Origin: Iphione sp. A-MEVVRFRX5
Lineage: Eukaryota
Assembly: GCA_976226885.1 (NCBI GenBank)
Contig: OZ320322.1
Span: forward strand, 48,236,001 to 48,300,000
DNA: 64,000 nt
Reading direction: 5' to 3'
A model generated the notes under the pieces. The model was not told where the DNA came from. It did not search any database and saw only the letters and a list, made by a program, of their open reading frames with translations. The translations under genes and the position numbers were made by a program. Positions 1-14,499 of the stretch are shown in pieces; position 1 is the stretch's first letter, and each line of letters starts with the position of its first letter.

Positions 1-1159
1 ATACACGATGCTGACCTGTCGTTGACGCACGTCCCCGGCCTAGGGAATGCTTGTCATGTGACAGGACGATTCGCCTGGATCATATTGTTCAGGTAGTACA
101 GAATGCTAAGTATGCGACTGATAAGTACAACGCCAACTCCAAGGTCCAGTCCTAAGGCGAGGTCAAGTTCGTGTCGGGGTCAACCCACTGTTTGTTTCAA
201 ATGGCAGTCCTGGGTGGCATTACTGTCATGTCACAACTATATTATATATAATTATATGTAACCAGTTTAAAAGGTAGTTAAAATATAGAATAGTGGGCAT
301 TCTTTTCTGACTTCATTTATCATTCTGGTACATGTGGGAATGGTAATATTCAGTTTTAGGTCATGCTCCGACTACCCTTTCACCAAATGGGACTTCCGGA
401 CCTCTCTAACACGAAAGCCATGTTTTGTTTTGTTTTTCTAACCTTACGATGAGTCCTATCTAACCAGTGTCTCCATGTTCAACAAAAATCACTCCTGTCT
501 TCTAGTTTTCCCTATTAATATCGGTGAAACTCACGCTCTGTCCTGGTAGTTTCCTTATCTTTCTGTATTCCTAGGTATTCAAGGTTAGAAACTCCAGACA
601 ACTGGTTCAGACATTACTCTGCGTATCCTCATACAAAACGTGCGGTCAAAATATAAAGTGCACCTAGTAACAAGCACCTTTCCTTGATTTCAGAATGTCC
701 CTCCTTACAGAGAAAAGACTGGCTGTCCTCTGCCAAGGGACACATGTACAAGTGCCTTTTCGCCGGGTTCTTCCGATGCCCCTCATTACGGGACGGGACG
801 CTAGAAGCATCAATGAAGAACAGCGGCAACATTCATCTTCCACCGTTAACAGATGGTGTAGGTTTTGGACATTCTTCCGACCCTCTCCACTAATTACCAG
901 ATCCATTATTATTATTATTTTTTAAAGAGGCTCTAAGGAAGCAGCACTGATCCATCAAATGCACCATATCAAAAGGAAACATTAATTGGGCAGTTCCTCA
1001 ACTTTCCAAGGCGACCTCTGTAGGTTCATAATGTATATGGGGGGATATCAAGCATCGTGCCTTTGACAGAACAAGGCCCAAACCCCCTCCAGGCCCCCTT
1101 ACTATTCGTGTAGCTTCGTATACTACTTCTATAGTATGTCTACAGGTAGCACTGAGAGC

Positions 1160-1326
1160 NNNNNNNNNNNNNNNNNNNNNNNNNNNNNNNNNNNNNNNNN
1201 NNNNNNNNNNNNNNNNNNNNNNNNNNNNNNNNNNNNNNNNNNNNNNNNNNNNNNNNNNNNNNNNNNNNNNNNNNNNNNNNNNNNNNNNNNNNNNNNNNNN
1301 NNNNNNNNNNNNNNNNNNNNNNNNNN
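1160..1326. other. Assembly gap (167 N)
   Basis: Run of N from 1160 to 1326. ORFs called across it (998-1489, 1136-1441, 1140-1430) cannot be trusted. Confidence 0.99.
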
Positions 1327-1949
1327 AGTAGTCTCTGAGCCCTGTGGTCAGCCACAACTGACTGGTTTTCTCTGGCAGACCCATATGTTCTCCTTTTGGC
1401 AGACCTCCTCTCCTCTGGCACGGAGGACACCTGTACTGTAGGCGTCGTTCAGTGTTCAAGTTTGGCCGGTGGAAATAATCCAGTTCCACTTACACTGGCT
1501 GGAACGTTCTCTCAGTGAGTATGGCCAACTGTGTCTCACACAAGTATGTAATAAGAACTAGAAAGCGGCCTACACCCATTACACATCACCACTACTTTTA
1601 CTTAACTTTGCAGACGCCATTTTCTCTCCTTCAATGATGCCCTGTTAAAGACATACGCCTTAATTCAATATATATATGCCATTGGGGTTACACTATTTTG
1701 TATATATATTTATCTTCTCAAACTTATAGTTTAGGTATTAAATTTTAAAATATTCAACTTCTTAACTTTACCCGTTTTATATGCATGTATGTACGCAACT
1801 GCACGGTATACACTGGTCACACACGACACCCACACGACTGCATATGTACAGGGAGATCGCTGAATATCCTAATCACCTCTGTCAGGCAAAGATGAGCTCG
1901 TATAATTTACAGTGAAGGTCACAACGCTGAGCAGCCTCCTCCCCTGGCG

Positions 1950-4900
1950 TATGTGCGTATGTGTATGGGTGTGTCTATGTGTGTGTGTTCGACGGTGAGA
2001 TACCATCCTCTTGCTCTCTCGGCCCGCCATAGTTCCGCCGAAGTCTCACCCCACGTCTTGCGTCAAAGTCTAAGCTGACTGCCTCGCCCCGCCCCCTTCT
2101 CTCCCCAGCCTTCCCCACCGGCCCTCACTTCCATATATGGCGCGCGCCCCACGCGTCTCGCCCGGAGCGCATCGATCGGCGACGCTCCCTGTCGGCAGCG
2201 CGGACGCTGCGTCCGAGCGCCCGGATCACACAATCGATCACGTGACGTCGTTGCGAGGCGAGACTTGCGCGGTCAGACCGGCCAATCCATCGTCCGCCCA
2301 CGCTCGTCCTGCCGCCAGCCAGCACCACACACCCCCACCCACACCCCCACCACCCCACACTCAGCATCCCACCTTTCTGCCCTTGGTGACAGAGCCGCAG
2401 GTGGTTGCCATGGAAATCTGCTCGTGCAGAGCACCGATGTTTTCCGCGGAAGCGTTTCCAAGGCGACTGAGGTATGTCAGGCGAGCGACTACTACATACA
2501 GTTTGTGAGCGACAACGACGTCCATATCCCGTTCATTTCCAAGCGACAGAGCTACAGCAAACGTTCCTCTCCAAACACCCCCCCCCCCCGCTTGCCCCCT
2601 TCCAGGTCTAGCTAGACGGAGGTAAATTTTCATAGACTGTGACACTCAGATGTCGAGCCCGAGCAACAATGTGAGCCGGGTATTTGAAGTTGATACGACT
2701 GGGATCACATTCGTTATTTCTGACAGAAGCGTTTACTTATACAGTCACTTCTAGAGAACGTAGGTTTCTGCTCTTTCTTTCGCTACCACTTACCTCGTCG
2801 CGACAAACGTTGCTCAGAGGCGCTGTGTATTCATTCGGATCTGTCTTGTGGATGCACAGACAGCGGCATGATTAAGAAGAGATCCTGTCACTTTCCAAAT
2901 GGCACGTCAATCACACACGATATTTCGAACTCTATTATCCGACTACAGTATAAGCTCATATTGTTATTGTCAGCCGAGAAAGAGATCACTATTTAAACCC
3001 ACTGAAATACGGTAGGTAAATTTCATACTGACAGATGAGCCATCTCGCCATCAAGGTCAAATCCAAAAGGAACCAAGGATGGCCTTGTTCTCATAGTCTA
3101 CTGTACTTTTAATGGGACAAGTCCAAATATCATTATTCCAGGTATATTTAGATTATTTTGGAACCAATTCTCTCGTGTAAAGAGGTGTACACATGTATAT
3201 TCAACCTTCACTGACCAGAAGCCTTGTACGTGAGCTGTAAAGGATAACTGTCTTGACAATACGACTCAGACTAGGAGCTTCCACGGTTTCCTGAGAGAAT
3301 ACTGGGCTAAATGACCACGTAGACACGTTCTCCAAGAAACTGACTGGAAATGCTGCGGATAACTATTTACTTCTTGCATAGCATCTAGGTGTCAATCTAT
3401 GTAGTTTGTCTGTACATGTACGCGTATACATGTATATCTATATAATTCTCACTCTTCATTTCTACTGGTCGACACTGAGTGTCTATGGACAGATGTCGTC
3501 TGCTGAGTAAACTACGCAGTGCAACAGTCTCGCCGGGCGAGGGAACCGACAGGTTAGGGACGCTTGCACATCAAACGAATGAATCAGCACCAGTTACCAG
3601 AGGGAACGCAACCGAAGTGATGCTATGAATTTGTTGATCTTTTGACCTGTGGCAGCGTAATAAAGTAAACGTAATAATGGCGGGAAATTTCCGATTACAA
3701 TCGTCACAGTTCGTCTCTAGTCCTAGCAAAGATGATGTCAACATGTAAAGGTCACGGGACTCCTCGAAGGGCCTTTGGAAAAACCCAGGGGCTATTTATG
3801 GAAAGTCTCGCGCTCTCTGGGAAACGCGTTACGGTACAACAGCGGCGGCGAGACCTTAGTGCTCCCACGTGATACCCACATATGCGTGACGCCCTTCGTC
3901 GTTCCATCTGACCTTTACATCACCTGATCCTACCTAATCACGTGTTCAGGCCCACATGATGTAATACACCCTAATACTCCTAGGCTATTCCTAGCTTTAT
4001 TCCAATCCAATTTAGATAGGTCCACCAGTAACTCATTAATTCAACTATTTCTAATGAATATGTTCATTTCTTGAGTCTTGCTACAATGTAAAGAGTGGAA
4101 GCAGAAATCCTACAAACACATTACGGTTTTCATGCAAATGTAGTGGTGTTTTTACCATACGTCTCTGATGGGAACGTCCATATGCCCCAATACCTCCCTC
4201 CCCTTCCCAGATAACAACTACCTCCTTGTATATGACGTTGTATATTTTCTCCTTTAAAAAAAACATATGGCCAAGCTATAAGGGTAAGCCACCTCGCGTA
4301 ATCCCCAGCCTGTAGTAATAACTAAATAGCGAGGCCAGGTCCGATGACCGTCCTGCTCAGCGACAGCTCGCTGACGTGTACTGGGCGTCTGTATGTGCGG
4401 TGGGAGCCCTGATTAGCGGCGGTCTAGTACGGTAGCGGCCGATTCCCGCCACACACCGCTCCTCCCACGCAAAGGTCTCAACCGTGGTTAGCGGGGACGG
4501 GAATGAAGAAGACGGCTTACCTGTGTGTAGGTGTGCGGGTGGGTGCTTGGAAGAAGAAGAAGACAGCAGAGGGGGTGGCAGGCGAGCGGGCTGATAATAT
4601 ATCCCAGCAGGGAGAGAGAGAGCCAGCAGGTTATTAAAACGAATCCAAGGGAATGTAATGGTGGAGAGTGGCGTGCCGCACGCCAGTGTCTTTACACGGC
4701 ATCCAATGAGGTAGATTGTACGACTGGTCTCTGAGTGTTTGTGCCAACGTTCTCGGCTATAGCGATCCGGTTACTGCGGAAAGGTCGGCGCGCCGGTCGG
4801 TGTGCGAAGGACCGACTTCCGGTCCGCCTGGTTGGGTCGCCGTGTGTCCACAACAGTCGTCGGCGGAGGTGCGGGCGCAGTCTCGATCGTCGTCGTCGTC

Positions 4901-5200
4901 GTCGTCGTTCTTCGTCGGTGGCTGCTGCGACCGTTCTTTACGGAAAACGTGCGCTTAGAGGAGCGTCCAAACGAACGCCTGGTCTTTGGTCCCACGTGGC
5001 GTCAACGTCCATCTTCCTGAAAGGGCCAAACAGACGTATGCTGTATACCACTGTGAGAATCTCCCGTCGAAGTGTGTGACTGAACCTTACCCTGCCTTCC
5101 ACTGGCCCGCCGTGTCACCGGCAAACACAGCCCCCTTCACCTAACCCAGCGTGGATCTGGAGACTCGTTAACCCTTGCCGCCTTTAACGCTTCCATGCTT
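1950..5200. promoter_or_regulatory. CpG-rich, promoter-like region of an unidentified gene
   Basis: CG dinucleotides are visibly dense at 2050-2550, 3500-3900 and 4300-5200, unlike 17-23 kb. ETS-type ACTTCCGG near 4817. Three near-consensus minus-strand donors: GAG|GTAAGT at 2794, CAG|GTAAGC at 4521, AGG|GTAAGG at 5091. No recognisable protein. Confidence 0.4.
4887..4907. repeat. (TCG)7 microsatellite
   Basis: Seven perfect TCG units read directly. Confidence 0.95.
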
Positions 5201-5262
5201 ACGCCCGCTAGATTCTCTATGGACCGGGGGGGGGGGGTTGTTGGACGGAAACACACAAGAGT

Positions 5263-5500
5263 GGGGAGTTAGCTCAGTGGTAGAGCACTGGTCCACTGAT
5301 TGAGAGGTTGCAGGTTCAATCTCGGGCTTGGGACTTTTGATCACGACCAGACAGATTTACTGTAGCCCTAACCCAGAGTGGTCCACAACTCGTAAAAAGG
5401 CTGTGGGTGTATAGGATTCTGTCCCCTATGCACAAAAAGACCCCAGAAACCTACTCAAAATAAGAGTAGGGGACAACCCCGGGTATTCTGGTCTCTCAAT
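5263..5500 (+). mobile_element. tRNA-derived SINE with a central region resembling the Deu/Nin domain
   Basis: Pol III A box TAGCTCAGTGG (5270-5280) and B box GGTTCAATCT (5313-5322) at tRNA spacing, but no anticodon stem or acceptor stem. The body AAAGGCTGTGG...TCTGTCCCCTATGCACAAAAAGACCCC...AAGAGTAGGGG resembles, from memory, the conserved domain of Deu/Nin SINEs; this needs a Dfam check. Confidence 0.65.
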
Positions 5501-8500
5501 TCTCAACAATAGATGGTAGTATGCTACCCCAGGAGGATATGTAAGAGCTCTGTCATATGATGGAGAATATCTAGTTCCTGGTTAAAGATATGGTGAAATG
5601 AAAATGAAATAGCCAAGAGATGGGACAAGAGAAATACACGCACACACACACACACAACATACGCACAGGCAACTGCTAAGTGATTGCTGAACTGACTGCA
5701 TGTGAACGTCTCTGAGGGGGGGTTTCCGCTGACGAGGTACGCAATACATCGTCTGTGACATTTATTCGAGATAACACGACCAACTACCCTAATGCATTCG
5801 CTGATTCTACATGACAGGGAAACATGCAATAATACGTGATAGACAAAATACTGCGGTTAGGGTGATAGGACACTTTTTGATACATGTATACACAAATTCA
5901 TGGGTTGACAGACGGACAGCCAGCCAGACAGAGGTTGACGTTCAGTAAGAGAAAGGCAGTTACAGACAGACAGACAGGCAGGCAGGTAGGACGACAGTCA
6001 GAAAGACACTCATTCATTCAGAAAGAAGGATGGTGCTAAAAATAGAACTAGCTACAGGGGAGCATTGTTATGGACCGGCTCGTACAAACATGCAGTCTTC
6101 AGTCGTTTTGTTGGATGCTGTGGAGCGGTTAGAGAACGTGAGTAGTATACCAAAGAGGTCCCCTTGCCCAGGGTTTCCTGAAGGCATGGGTCTGGCTGCT
6201 GAGGCTGTTTTCAATACTCGTGCACGTGCATATTCATACCGTGCCGTTATATTCGAGGAATTGCGAATGCACTTTTTTTCGGTGGGCGGGGGCGATCATA
6301 TTCTCTATACAAAATTGTGAAAAACTGCTGTTAACGATCTAATTCTGTGCGCGCATGCGCTAAAATAGTCTCCTTTTTTTGCTGTTGTTTTTGTTGTCAG
6401 GGGTGACAGTCACGAAGACAACAAAGCTTATTTAGTATCGATATCTTGTCAGAAAAGATCACAGGAGGGGCACTGTTAGTATACTGGACACGCACGTGGC
6501 ACATCACGGCCACTCCTTCGCTCAGGCGACTATTATGACCATATAAGGCGTGGAAGAACAACAACTGCACTCCCTCAAACCGAGGTGTGCTCCACAGAAG
6601 ACGGACACATGGGAGGGTGCACTGCAGGTAGTTGAGCCTCAGAGGTGGGGGGTCAAAAAAAATGAGGCCGCATGCTTTACGAGTGGGGATTCCCCCAATC
6701 TGGCAGCCTCGTAGCAGTAACTGGGTTAGTGCTGGTTGCCTGGTAACCGCAGGGTGGAGGAAAGGGAATATCGGGGGGATGGGGGGGGGGGGCGTTTCGG
6801 GGATGGGGAGACAGGCACCAGGGTTATGGATGGAGAAGGCTGGGGAAGGATTGGGGGGAGGGGGAGGGGGAGGGGGGGACACTAGTCTTGAAGTGTTAGA
6901 GGCGTCCCGATGACTCACTATCCTTGTGTCCTTTGCTGCCGCTCTGTATACCTGACAAGCAGGAGGCTGCGACCGAAAACGAGCCGCCCTTGCTGCATAC
7001 AACTGCAGCACACCCCTTTTATCTGGACCCAATTTCATCAGGAGAGGTCATGTTTATCAGGGCAGTGCAACAGGCCACCAGACAGCATAATGATCCTAGT
7101 TACTTGATACGACCTGGCGACGTGCTTCGCACCCCATTTCACACGGTGATGACCTCCGTAAAAGACCTTTTACAGTTCGAACTAATGCCGCCAGGGGGGC
7201 ATCCCCTGCTGCTGCACACATCCGTTTCATCAACTCAAATATAACTTGTACTAGATGAACCTGCCCTAAGACAATGTTCACTAAGATTATCATTGTGACC
7301 ATCTAGGGCGGAAAATATGAAAAGAGAAAAATACGAGTTCATCATCTGGGTCGATTTTGTGATGAGCAGACCAGAATGTTGACCCACACTGAAAGGATGT
7401 TTACCAAATTTTCGCAATCCGTACCAAGTGAATTTGTTGGAAAAGTGAGGGTACTGGAATAATGAGGTGTTAAATGTACAAATTCTGTCTGATCAGCAGC
7501 AATACGTTTTATAATGCATGCTTGGGTTATATTTGAACCAAACACCATCTATAAACATAGCGAGAACCTCTGTAAACAGCAAAGCGCAAGAGATGTACTT
7601 TTGACCTCCTGTTAACACTGGGGCTCTGGCGATACATATATGTACATGCTACGTTTAATTGGACTTTAAACCCGTTAGATGGGGTAAACTTGCTCTACGG
7701 AACCCATCATAAAGATCTTAGTTCAATTTTCCCTATAGGTATGAACAGAATGAGAACAAGATTTTTTTTTTTAATCTAAAATGATGACTCATGTAGGAAA
7801 GAAGACGAAAGCCTCTAGGACAGCCATGGGAAAGAGAGGCCCGAGCGAGAATTTAGCCAATAGCCAACGCGCCGTCTAGTCAAAACAAAACTGACCCAAA
7901 GGTTAATTAACTGCTTCTTATGATCACCGTTCTTAATTAAATAATCTGCTCCGTAATGAAAGTCGTCTGCTCGTGAGAATCCTCTTGAAAGACGGACAGG
8001 AGGCTGACAAGGCGGGGCACAGCAACGCAACTTTGGCAGACGGCCAAACCCTTCAATTCTATACTACTTGCATTCTTCCTGAAGAAGGAAGCCCGCATGC
8101 TACGGTGAAATCTGGCGTACGTGGACAGAGGAAATTCAAATAAAACCATCCGTCAGACGCCCGGGAATTATTTTTCATGTACAGACATAAATGCATGTGT
8201 ATAAATATATACACAAACACGTACGTTTGTGTGCGTGTGTGTGTGTGGTGTGTGTGTGTAAAGAATCCCGCATTTCTATTTGTCTGTGGCCTGAGTTACG
8301 CATTATTACTGCTTAGAGCAGTAAAGAGCCGGTGAACACATCTCCATACACAGGGAACCGTGAAAGACATGACCCCTAGGCCCCGAACGGTTCGGAATGG
8401 TACCAATATCAAGAACTATATACTGCCATATCATCTCAAATGTTCTTGTAATAAATGCCAACAAATTGAACAGTTTGTGGTTCATAGCCTATATTTTCTA

Positions 8501-11500
8501 CACAATATCAAGAACGAAGCCACCTCAAGGTCACGCAGAATCGAGTCCTGACTGATAAGACGGCATCCCCCAGTCCTTTTCAATGACCTTTCACCGGTGG
8601 ATCAGCTCAATTTGTTCAGCTCAATTTAAAGAGACCATCGCTACTTCCACAACCAACCCACATACTGTCCTCCCTCCACTATCTCAGCATCTGCCGTTTT
8701 TTACGGTCATTTAAACACAGGGTCTAGTATAGCAATGTACTTGAAACCACTGACCCTAAATCCGCCAATTTGTTCATTTAATTCTGCGGTGAGTGCATGA
8801 TGGAGAAGAATCTGACGTTTCCGGAGTCAATAATGCACAACTGTCGGCAAGAAGACAGCAACCTTAGATTGAGTATGTACAGTGTACAGCACGCCGCCCC
8901 GATGTTCTGGCCAAAACTGTTTTCTCATCAAATCTGTCTCGTATCGAGGGAACTCTATCCGTCTTTGACCCCCACACAACAAAACCTTCAGCGTCGTGTA
9001 CCCAGTCCACACCCTTCTAAGTAGATTTTACCAGTCCACACCCGTTCCGACAGCACCTTCTCCATTTCCATCTTCTTTCGAAGGGAATATTACACCTCAA
9101 GTCTTCTCAGCTTCTTCTTGTACGAGTCATTTTTGTAAAAGATATACATACACACAAATACACACACAAAAACAACACGGGCGTCGTCAAATGACAGCTC
9201 ATCGGATGGCTTGTGCTGCACTCGCTACCATCAGTTTTGCGTGTGTAGTTATTACCAGATGACTTTCTGAAGCAGACGACACGTCTTATCCTCTGGTGTT
9301 TTTCCCCGAGACTACAACACATGTCTCAAGGATCTGTAACTGTGTATACTGTGTGTACTTAACGTTCCTTCATGTCAACATAAAGTTTTACAGCATTGGG
9401 TGTGCATAGGACACCCACATAGATTTGATGTCGCACGTCCTTTCAGCTGTTCGCTTCAACAAAGGGAACATGATTGCTATTGTGATTTAATCCCCAGGTA
9501 CTTCACTGATTTCCTCATGTTTCAAGCTGCCAGAGACCGACTCCTTCCCTCTATTGTTACCGTTTTTATCTTTTGATATTTATCTTTATACGTTGCCAGA
9601 GAAGGGTAGACCGAACAAAGGCTTAATGTGCATGTTAGTAAAGAGGTCCTAAGTTTCTGTTGAATGATTTCAACTCAAACATTATAGACTTCCTCAGCAA
9701 GAACGCACCACACAACCTCATACTGCAGATGTTATGCATTGTTTTAGCTTCTCAGTTTCTGTCACGTGACCTGAAAAATAAATTATGGGCAACAAACCAC
9801 TACATCCATCACTACTCTAAGGGATGATTCTGTTATCTCAAACACTCTGTCACAATATTCATCCTGTATGTGCATATCAAGGACAGTCGAATGCCTGCTT
9901 GCGACCATCCATTCCGAGCTCAAGTGGTAGCAATAGTGATTTTGGCCAACACTTTGAACATGGCCATTTTAGTGGTTGTGGTGACCCCTCAGCCTGTAAT
10001 GTGATACTCAAATCAATAGAAATGACCCTAACACCTACAGTTGCAGGTTGGTTTGGCTGTAAATTGGTCTGCCTAGAAAGTGTTATTATGATACATAAGT
10101 TATCCGAAACAATTATTTCCATTCCAAGCTTATATGGTCATGTATTAAAAGTTTTGATTGCTAAACAGTATGGTCCCCAATCAGCATTCGAGTGTATTAG
10201 ATTCAACTGGTGTATTTACGTGAATGCTTTTGCATATCGCCAAAAACTGATCAGAGACAATACACCTGCTCATTGTAAAACGAGCAAACAGGCATCCAAA
10301 TAAGAAAGGCAAGGAAACATTTGGATGAAGACAGGCACGCACATAGAGAATGACAAATAGTCCGAGATGGAAAGTCAATCTGAAGAAAAATGTGTCCTTT
10401 GTTCAGCTGCTTGCTGCACAGTGAAATGTTATGCACAAACTCAGTTGGCAATGCTAATATTCTTGCCACAATTTAAGGTACAATATTCGGAAAAATAATT
10501 CAATTTGTCATGTTGACCCCTGTCAACAGTGAGACGGCCCTAAACTCCGATCGTTTTGCTGTACCAATAGGAGGCCCTTTGGTATATAGTCCTGCATTTA
10601 CTTATAAATACAGGTAGTTGTTAAGTTTTCTAAGACCCAAATCGTGTCCCGCTTAGAGACATGTCCTTAAGAAGATGAACTCTATCTACAAATAGGCACA
10701 TATCAAATCGAAAGTCTTCATATCACGATTGTCCCAATAACACCATCAATGTCATACAAATAAGGGTCTTGATTTCCTTAAAGCAATTTCTAAATAACTA
10801 TTCCCCCCATCCAAAGGTTTCACAAGTCACACCTAAATTGACATGTTGTCTGGGATCGCTCGCAAGCAGCAGTACACATAGCTGTATGGCCTCAACGCAT
10901 CAACGTACATCAAAATGCATTTACCTGTATGGTCATATTTCCACTTTTCATTTCCTCTCTTCACATTATGCTTACTGTCAACAGAAATCAGGTGCCGGTA
11001 CATACATTCCAGAGATGTGCTGGTTTCAGATATGCTCACAAAGATTTGGATAGGCGGTTGGACAGTTGTAAGATAGGAGAAATTCCTCGTTTGTTACAAT
11101 GAACATTATACCTATAATTATTTGGCATCAATGCATGGCTATGTACAAGGAGAATCTGATTGGGTTCAACTGTCATATGTCTCGGTGGCTCCTCAACTTC
11201 ATGTAGGTATTGTATATATGGATGCTGTTTGACCTAACACTATGGGTCTGTGGAGGGGGGAAAAACATACATTTCTGGTATACAGAGATAAGAAAAACAT
11301 CGAAGTGAGTCTAACGCCCCTTAGAACCTGAAGAACTAACCGCTCAGACCACCACCTCGTACTAACCCTGGTATGAGAAGAATGACAGCTTTGTAAATTG
11401 AGGTCACAGACCTTACCACAGGTACTCTACTCGAATAGCGGCAAGTGGTTGTAAGTATGGAACAAAGTAGTGAACAGCTGAAATGGAATACGGTGCCGTT

Positions 11501-12899
11501 ATCTAGTCATATTTTGGGGGCCAAAAAGACGGCAAATTTGATGTATCAACCTTACTTCTGTAACGTTTCAGTGAGACAGATTTTGGCATTTCAGAACTCG
11601 ATCACCAGTCAATGCGCCCTCCAACACTGAAAGCGTTTGACGTTTGCGAAAACAGTATATTCGTGTTGGCACCAGCACACTATTTGAACATGGAAAAGAG
11701 CACACAAGTAGTAAGATGGCTAACCTTTCGATTAAGAACAAGAAAATCATCACAGAAATTAACAAAAGCCACCCTTACCGTGTTAAACTGAATTAAAGCC
11801 GAACACTTTTACTGTGGTACGCCCGACTCTCTCCGCCATTGTGGAAATACACGATGTTTATTGTTAAGCTAATGACGGAACAGCCGGGGAATATCTCTGG
11901 GAAAATGCAAATCTTCCTTATATACAGTGTATAAACCATTCCTTCACACAGCCTGGTACATGGATAAAATATAGCCTTTCAATTAGGAACAGTGTGTCAA
12001 GATTCATGAATGAAAAACACGGGAAAGCGCTGCACAAATATGACAAATTAGAGGGGTGTATCCCTCAAACTAGAACAGCCAGTCACCTGACCTAATTTAT
12101 TCTGTGACGTCAAACCCAAACTCCCATGTTGGGGGATGGGTGGGGGCACCTGTCATGTGAAGTGGTGTGAAATCGACCGTCCACATATCGTAACGCTAGA
12201 ACCTCTTTCCCGGATATCATGTTGTATGTAATACTGGCATGTGTTGATACAAGCGTCGACGCGTGTTTCCTTTAGTTTCTTGTGCTATATTGAGCTTTCT
12301 TGACCACCCGCTGCTTTGTTAATGACTGGTTTAGGTAACATTACTCCGTCTAACTGGGCAACTCGAATGCAGCCTCGAGTTTGAATACACTATCATTATC
12401 ACAGGCGTACTGCAGCTGCCGTCTACTAATTACTCTCAACGGGTATGCCTATATGTCCTTGTTATAATTCACCTCATTAAACTAATACGATAATGAACGA
12501 TGTACATTGTATGTTTAAATGAAACCGCATTCGAGTGCAGTTGACACATTGACACTTACAATGGTACATGTACCGGTATCTGTTTTTTAGCGCAGTGGTT
12601 CCACCTATCAATAGCATCGAACATTAAAACAAACTTGTAATGGTAATTGTGGTTGATTATATTCTCGCGTATTTCCCTCCTGGAGGGATGGGTAGTCCCT
12701 ACCCATGTGTAGAGTATGATCCGTGTACTCTTCAGTTTCAAAACACCCACCTTATAGCTGGGCCCGCCCTTTCCCACGATCTTTTTTTCCAGGAATCAAT
12801 GTCTTCCATCTCCACCCCACTCTTGCTGGTATGTTTTGTGTGTATGTGTTCTTTTTTAATGAGAAATATCTGACTAGCAGCAAATTTGAAGAGTAATAT

Positions 12900-14440
12900 C
12901 TCATTCATGGCGAATTTGATAAGAAAATGGCAGTGAATTTATTATGCAATTTAAGTTACATGCAAGGTAGGTAAATTTTTACACCATCGAACATTTGCCC
13001 CATACAAATTCTTGCCTGCTCCTAACTCCAGTGCCGTTTGTGGGAGCACTCTCTCTCCCTGTGCGTGCCTGTGTGTGTTTGTTTCTGTGTGTAGAGCCCT
13101 CTACCACTGCCCCATACGGATCACACCCTACTGACTCTAAATACTCTCCATCACCCATTTTTGGGTACAATTAAGGATGCTTTATAGTCACAAGGGGAGG
13201 GTGACCCCACCCCGATTATTTCCTCTTCTTTCATTTCCTCATGTTCTGATTACCATAGAGATCCCGCATGATTTCTACAACTAGTCGGGTATTAAGATTT
13301 AAGTCGTTCAGATGTATGTTTGACATCACCATGGCCTTCTGCAGGACTTTCCAGATAAAGGACCTTCCTCGGTTGCGGGCCAGTGCAGAGCCCCTGCAGA
13401 GCTCTGCAAGCTCAGGCAGCAAACCACAATCCTGCCATTCATTTGGACTTACATCAGGGCTTCTTAGTCTTCTTAAGCTGTGACGATAATGACAGTCACG
13501 CTGAAGACCTGGCAACCCAAACTCAGTCATAATCTGCATAGATATCACAATGGAAGAGAGACTTCTGGAAGATATTTGGAGACCCACTCAAAATGACATG
13601 GTGACCAAAGTTTGGGTTGTGACCAAGGAGTTAGACCGGGTTTCCATGTGTCCGGTACATTAATAACGGTCCAGAGATTTAGCCAATATTCTGGACCTTT
13701 CTGGATGAGCATAAAGAGGGGTATTCCATGTATAAGGGTCCAGAATATTCTCTTATCCTCCTCCTCCCCCAACCACTCCTAGCCTGCTGATCTGTGCTTA
13801 CCCTTCGGAATTTGGAGTCAAGAAGAAATTAGGAACAATGTTCCTTTTCAAGCACTGGACTCCAGACAGCAGACTACGCATCTGGATACATGGAATCCTG
13901 GATACACGGAACACCACAATTTGTTTTGCACAAGTCCGTTTTCTTGACACACATATGGTGTACAGAGGCAAAATGTAGACACACGGTAACCAGGTCTTGT
14001 AGGGACCTCTTCCATGTTGCTGTATTACACAGGTGTATTACGTGTCCAACGTCCAGCGTTTTTTCCTATGGTTCTTATTAGTGTAGAATAATATGCCAAC
14101 ATGGAAAAGCCCCGTTGCTAGATGCAAGGATACTGTACGTTTCTGGGTCATTAATAGTTTTTCCATGATAAAGAGTGCATTTCCTATGACCAGTGGCTGT
14201 ACTAAATCCTTGATCAGACTCCTTATCTACTCAAACCACACAGCTAGTGTATTCAGTATTTCCAGTTCTGCCGCCAGTCCTTACAGTCATCTTTCCGAAG
14301 GTACCAAAAGCCCTCTTATCAGACCAAGACTCGTTCTTTCGGAATGCAATCAGCTCCTGTCGCTGAGCAGCTCATAATCAAGACTCCTGCTCCTCAAACT
14401 CCTGGTTGAGACATAAATGATCGTTTTTTTGTCGTAACAT
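12900..14440 (-). mobile_element. Heavily decayed non-LTR retrotransposon (RT remnant)
   Basis: Minus-strand peptides in RT order: RSFIWKVLQK (~13365-13337), VEIMRDLYGNQ (~13277-13245), a broken GV..GSPSP (QG..LSP-like, ~13210) and V*KFTYL (V..FKYLG-like, ~12985-12965). Many stops and frameshifts; no YADD motif seen. Boundaries are approximate. Confidence 0.45.
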
Positions 14441-14499
14441 TTCTTTCACGCCAACTGTGGTAACTACATCTCCGACCCACTGGTGGGACTGTGGGACTC

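Noticed and set aside
998-1489. PDZ-like peptide IVRGPGGGLGLVL in a minus-strand ORF
   Set aside because: The match is short, the rest of a PDZ fold is missing, and the ORF spans the assembly gap.
5263-5335. tRNA gene
   Set aside because: A and B boxes are present, but the anticodon and acceptor stems do not pair and the sequence runs on into a SINE-like body.
13231-13587. NB-ARC/Apaf-1-like motif (LAELCRGSALA)
   Set aside because: No Walker A or B upstream; the neighbouring peptides fit a decayed LINE RT better.
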